Source: a bacterium (GTDB lineage Bacteria; Desulfobacterota; DSWW01). Taken from it: a DNA stretch of 64,000 nt. The stretch lies in contig JBFLZG010000002.1 in assembly GCA_040756235.1 (NCBI GenBank), positions 64,001 to 128,000 on the forward strand, read 5' to 3'. Below the pieces are notes generated by a model that was not told where the DNA came from, did no database searches, and saw only the letters and a list, made by a program, of their open reading frames with translations. The position numbers and the translations under genes were made by a program. This document shows positions 18,974 through 26,837 of this stretch, one piece after another. Within the stretch, counting starts at the first letter, position 1, and each line of letters opens with the position of its first letter.

Positions 18974-19945
18974 ATGGCGACCATGACCATGGCTCAGGCC
19001 ATCAATGACGCGATTGCCCTGGAGATGGAGCGGGACCCTGACGTTTTCATGCTCGGAGAAGACATCAGCATCGGCATCATCGGCGTGACCGCAGGCCTGC
19101 AGGCCCGGTTCGGAAAGAAGCGTGTCCTGGACACGCCGATCTCCGAGAGCGCCATCGTCGGCGCGGCGGTGGGCGCGGCGGCGGTCGGTTTGAGGCCCAT
19201 CGCCGAGCTCATGTTCGTGGACTTCATCGGCGTCTCCATGGACCAGCTCTTCAACCAGGCCGCCAAGATGCGCTACATGTTCGGAGGCAAGGCGAAGATT
19301 CCCATGGTGCTGCGCGCCACCTGCGGCGCGGGCATGGGCGCCTCGGCCCAGCACTCCCAGTCTCTGGAGGCCTGGTTCATGCACGTCCCGGGGCTCAAGG
19401 TGGTCATGCCGAGTACGCCTTACGACGCCAAAGGGCTGCTCGCCTCCGCGGTCCGGGACGACAATCCGGTAGTGTTCCTCGAGAACAAGCTCCTCTACTT
19501 CACGATGGGTGAAGTGCCTGCAGAAGCCTACACCCTGCCGCTCGGCAAGGCCGACATCAAGCGGGAGGGCAAGGACGTGACGGTCGTGGCCACCGGCCAG
19601 ATGGTGGGCCGGGCGCTCGCCGCCGCGGAGAAGCTGGCCGCCGATGGCGTCAGCGTGGAAATCCTCGACCCGCGAACGCTTCTGCCTCTGGATGAGGGGG
19701 CGATCCTGGAGTCGGTGCGCAAGACCCACCGCCTCGTCATCGTTCACGAGGAAGTGAAGTTCTGCGGCTCCGGCGCCGAGATTGCGGCGACCGTGGCCGA
19801 GAAGGCGTTCGGATATCTGGATGCTCCCATCCTGCGCGTGGCCGCGCCTTTCTGCCCGGTGCCGTTCAGCGGAAAGCTCGAGGCGGAGTTCATCCCCAGC
19901 GAGGAGAAGATCCTGACGGCCCTCCGGACGGTCATGGAAGGGTAA
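18974..19945 (+). CDS. TPP-dependent dehydrogenase E1 beta subunit (AcoB/PdhB-like)
   Basis: GEDI, DTPISESAIVG, DQLFNQAAK, QHSQ, DAKGLL, LDAPILRV. Confidence 0.92.
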   Translation: MATMTMAQAINDAIALEMERDPDVFMLGEDISIGIIGVTAGLQARFGKKRVLDTPISESAIVGAAVGAAAVGLRPIAELMFVDFIGVSMDQLFNQAAKMRYMFGGKAKIPMVLRATCGAGMGASAQHSQSLEAWFMHVPGLKVVMPSTPYDAKGLLASAVRDDNPVVFLENKLLYFTMGEVPAEAYTLPLGKADIKREGKDVTVVATGQMVGRALAAAEKLAADGVSVEILDPRTLLPLDEGAILESVRKTHRLVIVHEEVKFCGSGAEIAATVAEKAFGYLDAPILRVAAPFCPVPFSGKLEAEFIPSEEKILTALRTVMEG

Positions 19946-20003
19946 GCAGGCCGGTCACTCGATGCCGGCTGTGCTGGAATACATGCAATCGGTTTAGGTG
20001 CAA

Positions 20004-20290
20004 GTTCCGCGGGGAGGGGTATTCCGGCTGGATTTGCCTGGGGCTCAAAACGCTCCGGCCCGTTCTCCTCCCAAGGGTCGGAGACTACGGCCCTTCGGGC
20101 GGGTCGCTGTTTTCGTCCCTCGTCCCGGGCCGGGTGTATCCGGGCACACCGCCTAGCCCGACCGCAGAACAGTCGGGCTAGAGGGCGAGATAACGAGAAA
20201 CAGCGCTGCGTTCCACCGGCCTTCGGGACTCGCGACGGGCTTCCGCGACTCGCCCCGCAAATCGCCGGAACACCCCATCCTCCGCGGAAC
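20004..20290. repeat. Long nested-palindromic intergenic element (MITE-like or structured RNA)
   Basis: Outer IR gttccgcgg...ggggtattccggc..gatttgc / gcaaatcgccggaacacccc...ccgcggaac; inner IR cgctgttttcgt / acgagaaacagcg; perfect 10-bp hairpin ctagcccgac/gtcgggctag (20153-20181). Confidence 0.6.
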
Positions 20291-20306
20291 CGAGGATCGT
20301 GCGCGA

Positions 20307-22175
20307 ATGCCTTTCTTGCAGAGCGGACGGGGATCGAACGCTGGGCGCACGGTGCATCCGGCTATTTTTCACCAGCCTCTGCAGAGCATCCTCTTCTCAC
20401 GACTGAAGGGCCGATGCCGCTTCGGGTTTGCGGCCGTCGCTGCGCTCCTGCTGCTCGGTCAGCCTTCGCGAACCGCCGCTTCCTGGTTCCTGGACGGGGA
20501 GCATTTCCTCGCCTCGGTGCATGGCGAGCTCTCGTGCCAGGACTGCCACGAGGAGGTTTCCTCGAGCAAGTCGCATCCGGACCCCGCGGACGTCAACCGG
20601 GACCCGAGAGAGTCCTTCAGCCCCGACCGGTGTGCCGACTGCCACCAGGACGTCGTGGACAAGATCGATGAGGGAAGGCACGCCCGCGTCCGGAGGAAGA
20701 AAGGCAGAGCGGCTTGGGAGAAGTGCCTCGACTGCCACGATCCTCATTACCAGGAGCCCTATGAGAATCGCCGACAGGCTGAACCCGAGCCGGGAGCCGG
20801 TACGGAGCGCTCCCGGCCTCGACTTGCTGAAGCGGACGCGGCGTGCATGGATTGCCACGGATCCGTCCCGGCGGGCGCTTCCCGGGCGGCGGAAAAAGTA
20901 GCGGCTCTCTGCATGTACTGTCATGGTGAGACGCGCGAGCGGCCTCCGGCCGGCCCGGCCGTACGCATGCCGCTGCTCGACGGCGCCTCCTACGCCGCCT
21001 CGACGCACCGCAAGACGGCCTGCACGGTTTGTCACCTGGCGTCCGCCGCGTACCCTCACGCACGCCAGCGCCTCGGACCGTGCGGAACCTGCCACGCACG
21101 CCACGACGAGAAGGTCGCTCATGACCCGCACCTGGGCACGACCTGTGAGGCCTGCCACCTTGCAGCGGTCGAGCCGGTCCGGGAGGCCGCCTCGGGGAGC
21201 ATCGCCTGGAAGCTGAATACCGAGGCGGGCCGTCCGCTCGAGGTGCACCGCATGTCTTGGCGGGGGGGCCTGGAGCGGTGCCGGCGCTGCCACTTTCCAC
21301 AGAACCGGTTGGGTGCTGCCGCACAGGCCCTTCCGGCCAAGAGCATCCTTTGCATGCCCTGTCATGCGGCCACCTTCTCCGCGTCGGACCCGGTCACGCT
21401 CGCGGCCCTGGCGATCTTCGCTCTGGGGCTGGCAAGCCTCGTGATGGTCTGGGTGCGGGGGAGCAGCGCGATCGGGCAGGAGGGCAGGGGAGGGCTGGCC
21501 GTAAGGCTGCCGGGGGCGCTCGAGGGTTTCCTGCGCGTGGTGTTCTCGCGCCGCATGGGATCGATCTTGAGGGCGCTCTTCCTGGATGCCTTCCTGCAGA
21601 GAAGACTCTACAAGCAGTCGCGCGTGCGCTGGGCGATCCACGGCCTGATCTTCTTTCCCGTGGTGGTGCGCTTCGGCTACGGGCTGGCCGGGCTCCTGGC
21701 GTCGCTCTTGTCCCCGCAGTGGCCGCCGACCTGGGTCCTGCTCGACAAGAACGCTCCCGTCACGGCGCTCGTTTCCGATCTCACCGGCGTCCTCGTACTG
21801 CTGGGCGTGGCTCTGGTCATGGCCCGAAGGCTGCGCAGCAGGCCGGAGCAGCGGCTCGAAGGCCTGCCGCGACCGGACTGGGCGGCCTACGGCTTGTTGT
21901 TCGGCGTCCTGGCTGTGGGGTACATCCTGGAGGGTATGCGGATCGCTATGACCGGGAGCCCGCCGGGTGCGGCATATGCATTCGTCGGCTGTCCGCTGAG
22001 CCACCTGCTCGGCGGCGCGGGGCTCGACGTCGCGTTCGGCTACGTCTGGTACGCCCACGCTGTCCTGACCGGCGCGTTCGTTGCGTACCTGCCGTTCAGC
22101 CGGATGTTCCACATCGTGATGGCGCCCGTATCGATCGCCCTGCGAGCCGCCGCGGGGAAGTCAGAGGAACGTTGA
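20307..22175 (+). CDS. Decaheme cytochrome c fused to a NarI/HdrE-type membrane cytochrome b domain
   Basis: Signal-like hydrophobic stretch; ten CxxCH motifs (CQDCH, CADCH, CLDCH, CMDCH, CMYCH, CTVCH, CGTCH, CEACH, CRRCH, CMPCH); C-terminal TMs with RWAIH, LEGMRI and WYAH...YLPFSRMFH. Start uncertain (GTG 20352 possible). Confidence 0.82.
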   Translation: MPFLQSGRGSNAGRTVHPAIFHQPLQSILFSRLKGRCRFGFAAVAALLLLGQPSRTAASWFLDGEHFLASVHGELSCQDCHEEVSSSKSHPDPADVNRDPRESFSPDRCADCHQDVVDKIDEGRHARVRRKKGRAAWEKCLDCHDPHYQEPYENRRQAEPEPGAGTERSRPRLAEADAACMDCHGSVPAGASRAAEKVAALCMYCHGETRERPPAGPAVRMPLLDGASYAASTHRKTACTVCHLASAAYPHARQRLGPCGTCHARHDEKVAHDPHLGTTCEACHLAAVEPVREAASGSIAWKLNTEAGRPLEVHRMSWRGGLERCRRCHFPQNRLGAAAQALPAKSILCMPCHAATFSASDPVTLAALAIFALGLASLVMVWVRGSSAIGQEGRGGLAVRLPGALEGFLRVVFSRRMGSILRALFLDAFLQRRLYKQSRVRWAIHGLIFFPVVVRFGYGLAGLLASLLSPQWPPTWVLLDKNAPVTALVSDLTGVLVLLGVALVMARRLRSRPEQRLEGLPRPDWAAYGLLFGVLAVGYILEGMRIAMTGSPPGAAYAFVGCPLSHLLGGAGLDVAFGYVWYAHAVLTGAFVAYLPFSRMFHIVMAPVSIALRAAAGKSEER

Positions 22176-22279
22176 CAGCGTGCCTCACAGAGAGTGTCAC
22201 GCATGACCGTCTCCGCGGGGGCCGTGGGATTCGGCAGAGGATTCAGCTATCCTGGTTTGCAGAGGGAAGGGACAGGAAG

Positions 22280-22702
22280 ATGGAAATTCAGAGCTACCAG
22301 ATGCCGGAGGAGCTTTATTACGAGGAGCACCACTTCTGGGTTCGCGTGGAGGGGGAGTTCTTGGTCATGGGCATGGACGACTTCGCCCAGCAGATGGCAG
22401 GGGACGTGGTCTACGTGCAGCTTCCCTTCGAGGGGAAAAAGCTGGAAGTCGGGAAGAAGTTCGCCCAGGTGGAATCCGGAAAGTGGCTGGGAAAGGTGTA
22501 CGCTCCGGTGAACGGCACCGTGGCAGCCGGCAATGAAGAGCTGGAGACGAACCCCGGGTTGATCAACCAGGACTGCTACGGCAAAGGTTGGATGTACAAG
22601 ATCAAGCCGGCGGATATCGGGGAGGTGGAGAAGCTGATCCACGGCCGCGAAGCGGTGGAGAAGTGGCTCCTGGCGGATATTGAGAAATACAAACAGCAGT
22701 AG
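22280..22702 (+). CDS. gcvH: Glycine cleavage H-protein family lipoyl carrier
   Basis: LYYEEHHFWV, GMDDFAQ, lipoyl-Lys in VESGKW, YAPVNG, INQDCYGKGW; purine-rich RBS before ATG 22280. Confidence 0.9.
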   Translation: MEIQSYQMPEELYYEEHHFWVRVEGEFLVMGMDDFAQQMAGDVVYVQLPFEGKKLEVGKKFAQVESGKWLGKVYAPVNGTVAAGNEELETNPGLINQDCYGKGWMYKIKPADIGEVEKLIHGREAVEKWLLADIEKYKQQ

Positions 22703-22721
22703 CAGAGGGTGGAGAGCCCCT

Positions 22722-23918
22722 ATGGGCCACCGAGGCTACAGCGCTCGAGAGCTGATCCAGGCCGAGGCCTGCACGCACTGCTCCGTCTGTACGGACGTCT
22801 GCCCGGCCGTTTCCGCCTCGCGCGACGGACGTCTGTCCGGGCTCTACAGGCTGGGCGAGCTCAAGCGCATTCAGCGGTCGAGGTACGGGGTTCTGCACCG
22901 GCTCCTGGGCCGCAAGAGGCCGCAGCCCGAGCAGCTGAAGCCGTTCGGCGAGACGGTCTTCCGCTGCACCTTGTGCGGCCGCTGCCAGGAGGTGTGCCCT
23001 TCCGGGATCCTCCTCAAGGACCTGTGGCTTTCTCTGCGGGAGGATTTGGTCGTCTCCAGCGCCTACCCGAACAAGATCGACGGCATCCGGGAGAACCTTT
23101 CCGAGGCGCACAACGTCTTTGCGGAAGACGACGACGAGCGGGGCGGCTGGGTCGAAAATATGCGGGCGCCGCCCGCGCACGGGTACGTCAGAGACCGGGC
23201 CGAGGTGGTCTATTTCACCGGCTGCGTGGCCGCCTACTTTCCCATGGCCCAGCAGATCCCGGTGGCGCTGGCCGAGCTGTTCGGGGCGCTCGAGGTCGAC
23301 TTCACCCTGCTCGGACCCGAGGAGTGGTGCTGCGGCTTCCCTCTGGTCGGGGCCGGGCTCAGGCAGGAGGCCGCGCCGTTCATCCGGCATAACCTCGAGG
23401 CGGTGCTGCGGAAGAGGGCTACCCGAGTCGTCTTTGCCTGTCCCACCTGCTACCAGATGTGGCGCGAGCACTACCCGTACGAGCGGCACGGGTTGGAGAT
23501 CCGCCACGTCACGGAATTCCTCCACCAGCGAACCGCCAGGAGGCCGCTCCCGCTCGCCGAGCTTCCTCTCACCGTGACCTATCATGACCCGTGCGATCTG
23601 GGGCGCGGGGCCAGGGTGTTCGAGGCCCCCCGCGAGCTCGTTCGCTCCATCCCGGGCGTGAGGCTGGTGGAGCTCGCGCACACCCGGGAAGATTGCCGCT
23701 GCTGCGGCGGCGGCGGCAACCTCGAGATGATCGACGCCAAGCTCTCCGGAGAAATCGCCAGAGAAAAGATCGGCGAGGCGCTCGCGACCGGAACCGCGGC
23801 CGTGGTCACTTCCTGCCAGCAGTGCGTTCGCACGCTGGCCACCTACGCGAAAAGAAACAAAGTCCCCCTCGAAGTCCTGGACGTCGTGCAGCTCCTGCGG
23901 CGGGCCCTGAGAAAATGA
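22722..23918 (+). CDS. HdrD/GlpC-like Fe-S oxidoreductase with two CCG domains
   Basis: CTHCSVCTDVCP and CTLCGRCQEVCP; CCG domain 1 FTGC..WCCG..ACPTC; CCG domain 2 YHDPC..CCGGGG..SCQQC. Confidence 0.88.
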   Translation: MGHRGYSARELIQAEACTHCSVCTDVCPAVSASRDGRLSGLYRLGELKRIQRSRYGVLHRLLGRKRPQPEQLKPFGETVFRCTLCGRCQEVCPSGILLKDLWLSLREDLVVSSAYPNKIDGIRENLSEAHNVFAEDDDERGGWVENMRAPPAHGYVRDRAEVVYFTGCVAAYFPMAQQIPVALAELFGALEVDFTLLGPEEWCCGFPLVGAGLRQEAAPFIRHNLEAVLRKRATRVVFACPTCYQMWREHYPYERHGLEIRHVTEFLHQRTARRPLPLAELPLTVTYHDPCDLGRGARVFEAPRELVRSIPGVRLVELAHTREDCRCCGGGGNLEMIDAKLSGEIAREKIGEALATGTAAVVTSCQQCVRTLATYAKRNKVPLEVLDVVQLLRRALRK

Positions 23919-23919
23919 A

Positions 23920-25005
23920 ATGACGAACAAGAAGACCTTCCGGCTCCTCGATATGCCGCCGGTCACCGCGGCGGAGAACATGGCTCTGGACGAGGCCCTG
24001 CTGGAGGCCAAGAGCCGGGGAGATGCACCCGATACGGTGCGTTTTCTCCGGTTCTCGCCGCCCGCCGTGCTCGTCGGCTTCCATCAGTCCGTGGAAGACG
24101 AGGTCCGCACGGACTTCTGCCGTGCGAATGGCATCCAGGTCAATCGCCGCATCACGGGCGGCGGAGCGATCCTTCTGGATGAGAGCCAGATCGGCTGGGA
24201 GCTCGTGTGCGACAAGCGGTTCTTCGATTTCTCCCTGCCCGGCCCGAAGTTGTTCCAGAGGCTGTGCGAGCCGGTCGTCACCGCCCTCGAGCGGCTCGGC
24301 GTCCGGGCCTGCTTCAGGCCCCGGAACGACATCGAGGTCGACGGCCGCAAGATCTCCGGGACCGGCGGGACCGACTCGGAGACAGCCTTCCTCTTCCACG
24401 GCAGCCTGCTCGTGGATTTCGACGTCGAGACCATGCTCCGCGCCCTCCGGGTTCCGGTGGAGAAGCTCGAGGCCAAGGAGATCGAATCGCTCCGGCAGCG
24501 GGTGACCTGCTTGAAGTGGGAGCTGGGAGAGACGCCTTCGCCCGACGCGATCAAGCAGGCGCTCGCCTCGGGCTTCAGGGAGCATTTCGGGATCCGGCTC
24601 GAGCCGGCCGGCCTGACGAACCTGGAAAAGGAGCTTTACCAGCAGGCCCTGGGTTGGTTCCGGTCCCGGGCCTGGATCGATCCTCCGAGACCCGTTTCCA
24701 GGAAAGCGCAACCCCTCCATGGTGCGTGCAGGACCGATGCCGGTCTGGTGCGGTTCACGCTGGCTGCCGACCTGCCGGCCAAGAGGATTCGGCAGGCCTA
24801 CATCACCGGGGACTTCCTTTCCTTCCCGTCCCGCGGCCTCTACGACCTGGAGGCCCGTCTCAGAGGGGCGCCCCTGGACCTCGACCTTCTGAGAGGGATC
24901 GTGCGGAGCTTCTTCGACGAGGGCCGCATCCGGATCGTGGGCATGTCGTCTGATGAGTTCATGGAGCCTCTCAAGAAGGCCCTCCAGGCGGGGCCTGATA
25001 CCTGA
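23920..25005 (+). CDS. lplA: Lipoate-protein ligase (LplA family with C-terminal accessory domain)
   Basis: NMALDEALL, RRITGGGAI, NDIEVDGRKISG, HGSLL, C-terminal ITGDF..P. Confidence 0.88.
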   Translation: MTNKKTFRLLDMPPVTAAENMALDEALLEAKSRGDAPDTVRFLRFSPPAVLVGFHQSVEDEVRTDFCRANGIQVNRRITGGGAILLDESQIGWELVCDKRFFDFSLPGPKLFQRLCEPVVTALERLGVRACFRPRNDIEVDGRKISGTGGTDSETAFLFHGSLLVDFDVETMLRALRVPVEKLEAKEIESLRQRVTCLKWELGETPSPDAIKQALASGFREHFGIRLEPAGLTNLEKELYQQALGWFRSRAWIDPPRPVSRKAQPLHGACRTDAGLVRFTLAADLPAKRIRQAYITGDFLSFPSRGLYDLEARLRGAPLDLDLLRGIVRSFFDEGRIRIVGMSSDEFMEPLKKALQAGPDT

Positions 25006-25021
25006 CACCTGATACCCGACG
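24994..25021. repeat. Heptamer tandem repeat (4 units)
   Basis: cctgata-cctgaca-cctgata-cccgacg spanning the lplA stop, between convergent genes. Confidence 0.6.
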
Positions 25022-25027
25022 CCTTGC

Positions 25028-26176
25028 TTACCGGCTGCCTCGGAAAAGGGGCAGCTGCAGCTCTCTTGCGTTCACCACGCTCGGGACTGCCTTGGGGGGC
25101 GGATCTCGAAGAAAGGCCGAGAGGTCCTGCTCCGCCCATAGCGGATATCCCAGCAGCATCCCTGCGACGTTGGCGGCGGCCAGCACGGCCATGGACTCCC
25201 GGGTCCAGGTGCTGGCCGAGCCCAGATGAGGGACGATCACGACGTTGTCGAGCTCCTTCAGTCCCGGCTTCATCGCCGGCTCGTCCTCGAAGACGTCGAG
25301 GCCGGCCCTGAAATTTGGGTGCCTGCGGCAGTGCGCCACCAGCGCCTCCTCGTCGATGAGCGGCCCGCGGCTGGTATTGACCAGGACCGCGTTCTCCTGC
25401 ATACGGCTCAGCCGCTCCTGGTTGATGAGGTGACGCGTGGCATCGCTGAGAACGGTGTGCAGGCTCACCACGTCCGCTTCCCGAAGCACCTCCTCCAGGG
25501 TCTCGGCGCGCCTGCAGGACACGGGACTTTCTCCTCGCGATTCGAGGAAACGGCCGTAGTCCGCGACAAAGGCCTCCAGGGACGGATTCGGATGGAGATC
25601 GTAATAGAGCAGGTGCATCTTGTGGCCTTCGACCATCATGCGTCCGTAAGCGGCGCCGATGCGTCCGGCGCCGATGATGCCCACGGTTTTCCGCCAGAGG
25701 AGCTGCCCGAGCAGGAGCGTCGGCAGCCAACCCCGGTAGCGGCCTGCGCGCATGAACCGATCGCCTTCCGCGACCCGGCGAGCCGCCGCGAAGGTGAGGG
25801 AAACGGCCATCTCCGCCGTGGTCTCGGTCAGGACGCCGGGCGTGTTCCCGACCGGGATGCCGCACCTGGTGGCGCTCAAGAGGTCGACGTTGTCGAAGCC
25901 GACCGCATAGTTGCTGTAGGCCTTGCCGCCGGCCGCGACCAGGGTGTCGAACAGCTCCCCGGCCCACCTTTCGGTGAGCTGCCCGATGCATCCGTCGCAG
26001 CGGGCTCCCATCGCGTCGCGGATTTCCTCGGTTGTCAGGATGTCGGTGGAGGCGCAGACTTCCACCCTGCAATCCGCCAGGGCGAGGATCTCGAGCCACC
26101 TCTTTCCGGGCAGCTCCTTGGTCACGATCACCCGCCGCTTGCCTGCGGGACGATAAGTGTTCCACTCTTTCTTCAC
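25028..26176 (-). CDS. Hydroxypyruvate reductase / D-glycerate dehydrogenase (D-2-hydroxyacid dehydrogenase)
   Basis: GTG start with AGGAGG RBS; GQLTE, NYAVGFDN, NTPGVLTETTAE, GAGRIG, NTSRG, LDVFEDEP, PHLGSA. Confidence 0.88.
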   Translation of the reverse strand: MKKEWNTYRPAGKRRVIVTKELPGKRWLEILALADCRVEVCASTDILTTEEIRDAMGARCDGCIGQLTERWAGELFDTLVAAGGKAYSNYAVGFDNVDLLSATRCGIPVGNTPGVLTETTAEMAVSLTFAAARRVAEGDRFMRAGRYRGWLPTLLLGQLLWRKTVGIIGAGRIGAAYGRMMVEGHKMHLLYYDLHPNPSLEAFVADYGRFLESRGESPVSCRRAETLEEVLREADVVSLHTVLSDATRHLINQERLSRMQENAVLVNTSRGPLIDEEALVAHCRRHPNFRAGLDVFEDEPAMKPGLKELDNVVIVPHLGSASTWTRESMAVLAAANVAGMLLGYPLWAEQDLSAFLRDPPPKAVPSVVNARELQLPLFRGSR

Positions 26177-26216
26177 GGCCGGACCTCCTGGCGCAAAGGG
26201 TCGTTTCGGTTGGGGC

Positions 26217-26245
26217 ATTCTGGGGGAGATTGGTCGAATTGTCAA
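26217..26245 (-). promoter_or_regulatory. Putative sigma70 promoter of the hydroxypyruvate reductase gene
   Basis: Minus strand TTGACA-17 nt-CAGAAT in an AT-rich divergent intergenic region. Confidence 0.55.
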
Positions 26246-26314
26246 GATTTGGAGTAGATATGGCATATTATTCAGGAATTGAGCTTGATTTTGATGAAAA
26301 CAACAGATCCTTTC

Positions 26315-26343
26315 TTGATTCTGCACGAACGACCCTATAGACT
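26315..26343 (+). promoter_or_regulatory. Putative sigma70 promoter of the Lrp-lipS-gcv operon
   Basis: TTGATT-17 nt-TAGACT upstream of the Lrp gene. Confidence 0.45.
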
Positions 26344-26383
26344 GCGAGGAGGGACGGTTGCCGGACCCCGGAGGGAGCGCCGA

Positions 26384-26827
26384 TTGAAGATCGACGAGAC
26401 GAGCATCGGGATCATCAAGCACCTGCGTGAGGGCAGGAGATCCTACAAGGAGGTGGCCGGCAAGCTGGGGATCGCGGAGAACACAGTGCGGAGCCGTGTG
26501 AGCAAGATGATCCGCGAAGGGATCCTGGAGATCGCGGGGCTCGTGGACCCGGAAAACCTGCCGCGGCACCGTCTGGTCGTGGTCGGGGTCAAGCTGTCCA
26601 CCATGGATCTCGTCCGCAAGGGGAAAGAGTTCAGCAAGCTCAAGGGAGTGGTCTCGGTCAGCGTGGTGACCGGTCGCTTCGACCTGATCCTGCTGGTGCT
26701 CCTGAGGGAAGGGTTCGATCTGCTGGAGTTCTACACCCGGGAGGTGGCGCGCGTCCAAGACGTCCAGTCCGTGGAGACCTTCGTCGTGTACAAGAGCTAT
26801 AATCTGAAAATTCCGTACGTCCTTTGA
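26384..26827 (+). CDS. Lrp/AsnC family transcriptional regulator
   Basis: TTG start with GGAGGG RBS; HTH (GRRSYKEVAGKLGIAENTVRSRV), VTGRFD ligand-binding domain. Confidence 0.88.
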   Translation: MKIDETSIGIIKHLREGRRSYKEVAGKLGIAENTVRSRVSKMIREGILEIAGLVDPENLPRHRLVVVGVKLSTMDLVRKGKEFSKLKGVVSVSVVTGRFDLILLVLLREGFDLLEFYTREVARVQDVQSVETFVVYKSYNLKIPYVL

Positions 26828-26837
26828 TCGAGCGGCG

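Noticed and set aside
21257..22702. 481-aa ORF appearing to fuse a long N-terminus to GcvH
   Set aside because: The upstream part overlaps the cytochrome gene in another frame and is low-complexity Arg/Gly/Pro; GcvH has its own RBS and ATG at 22280.
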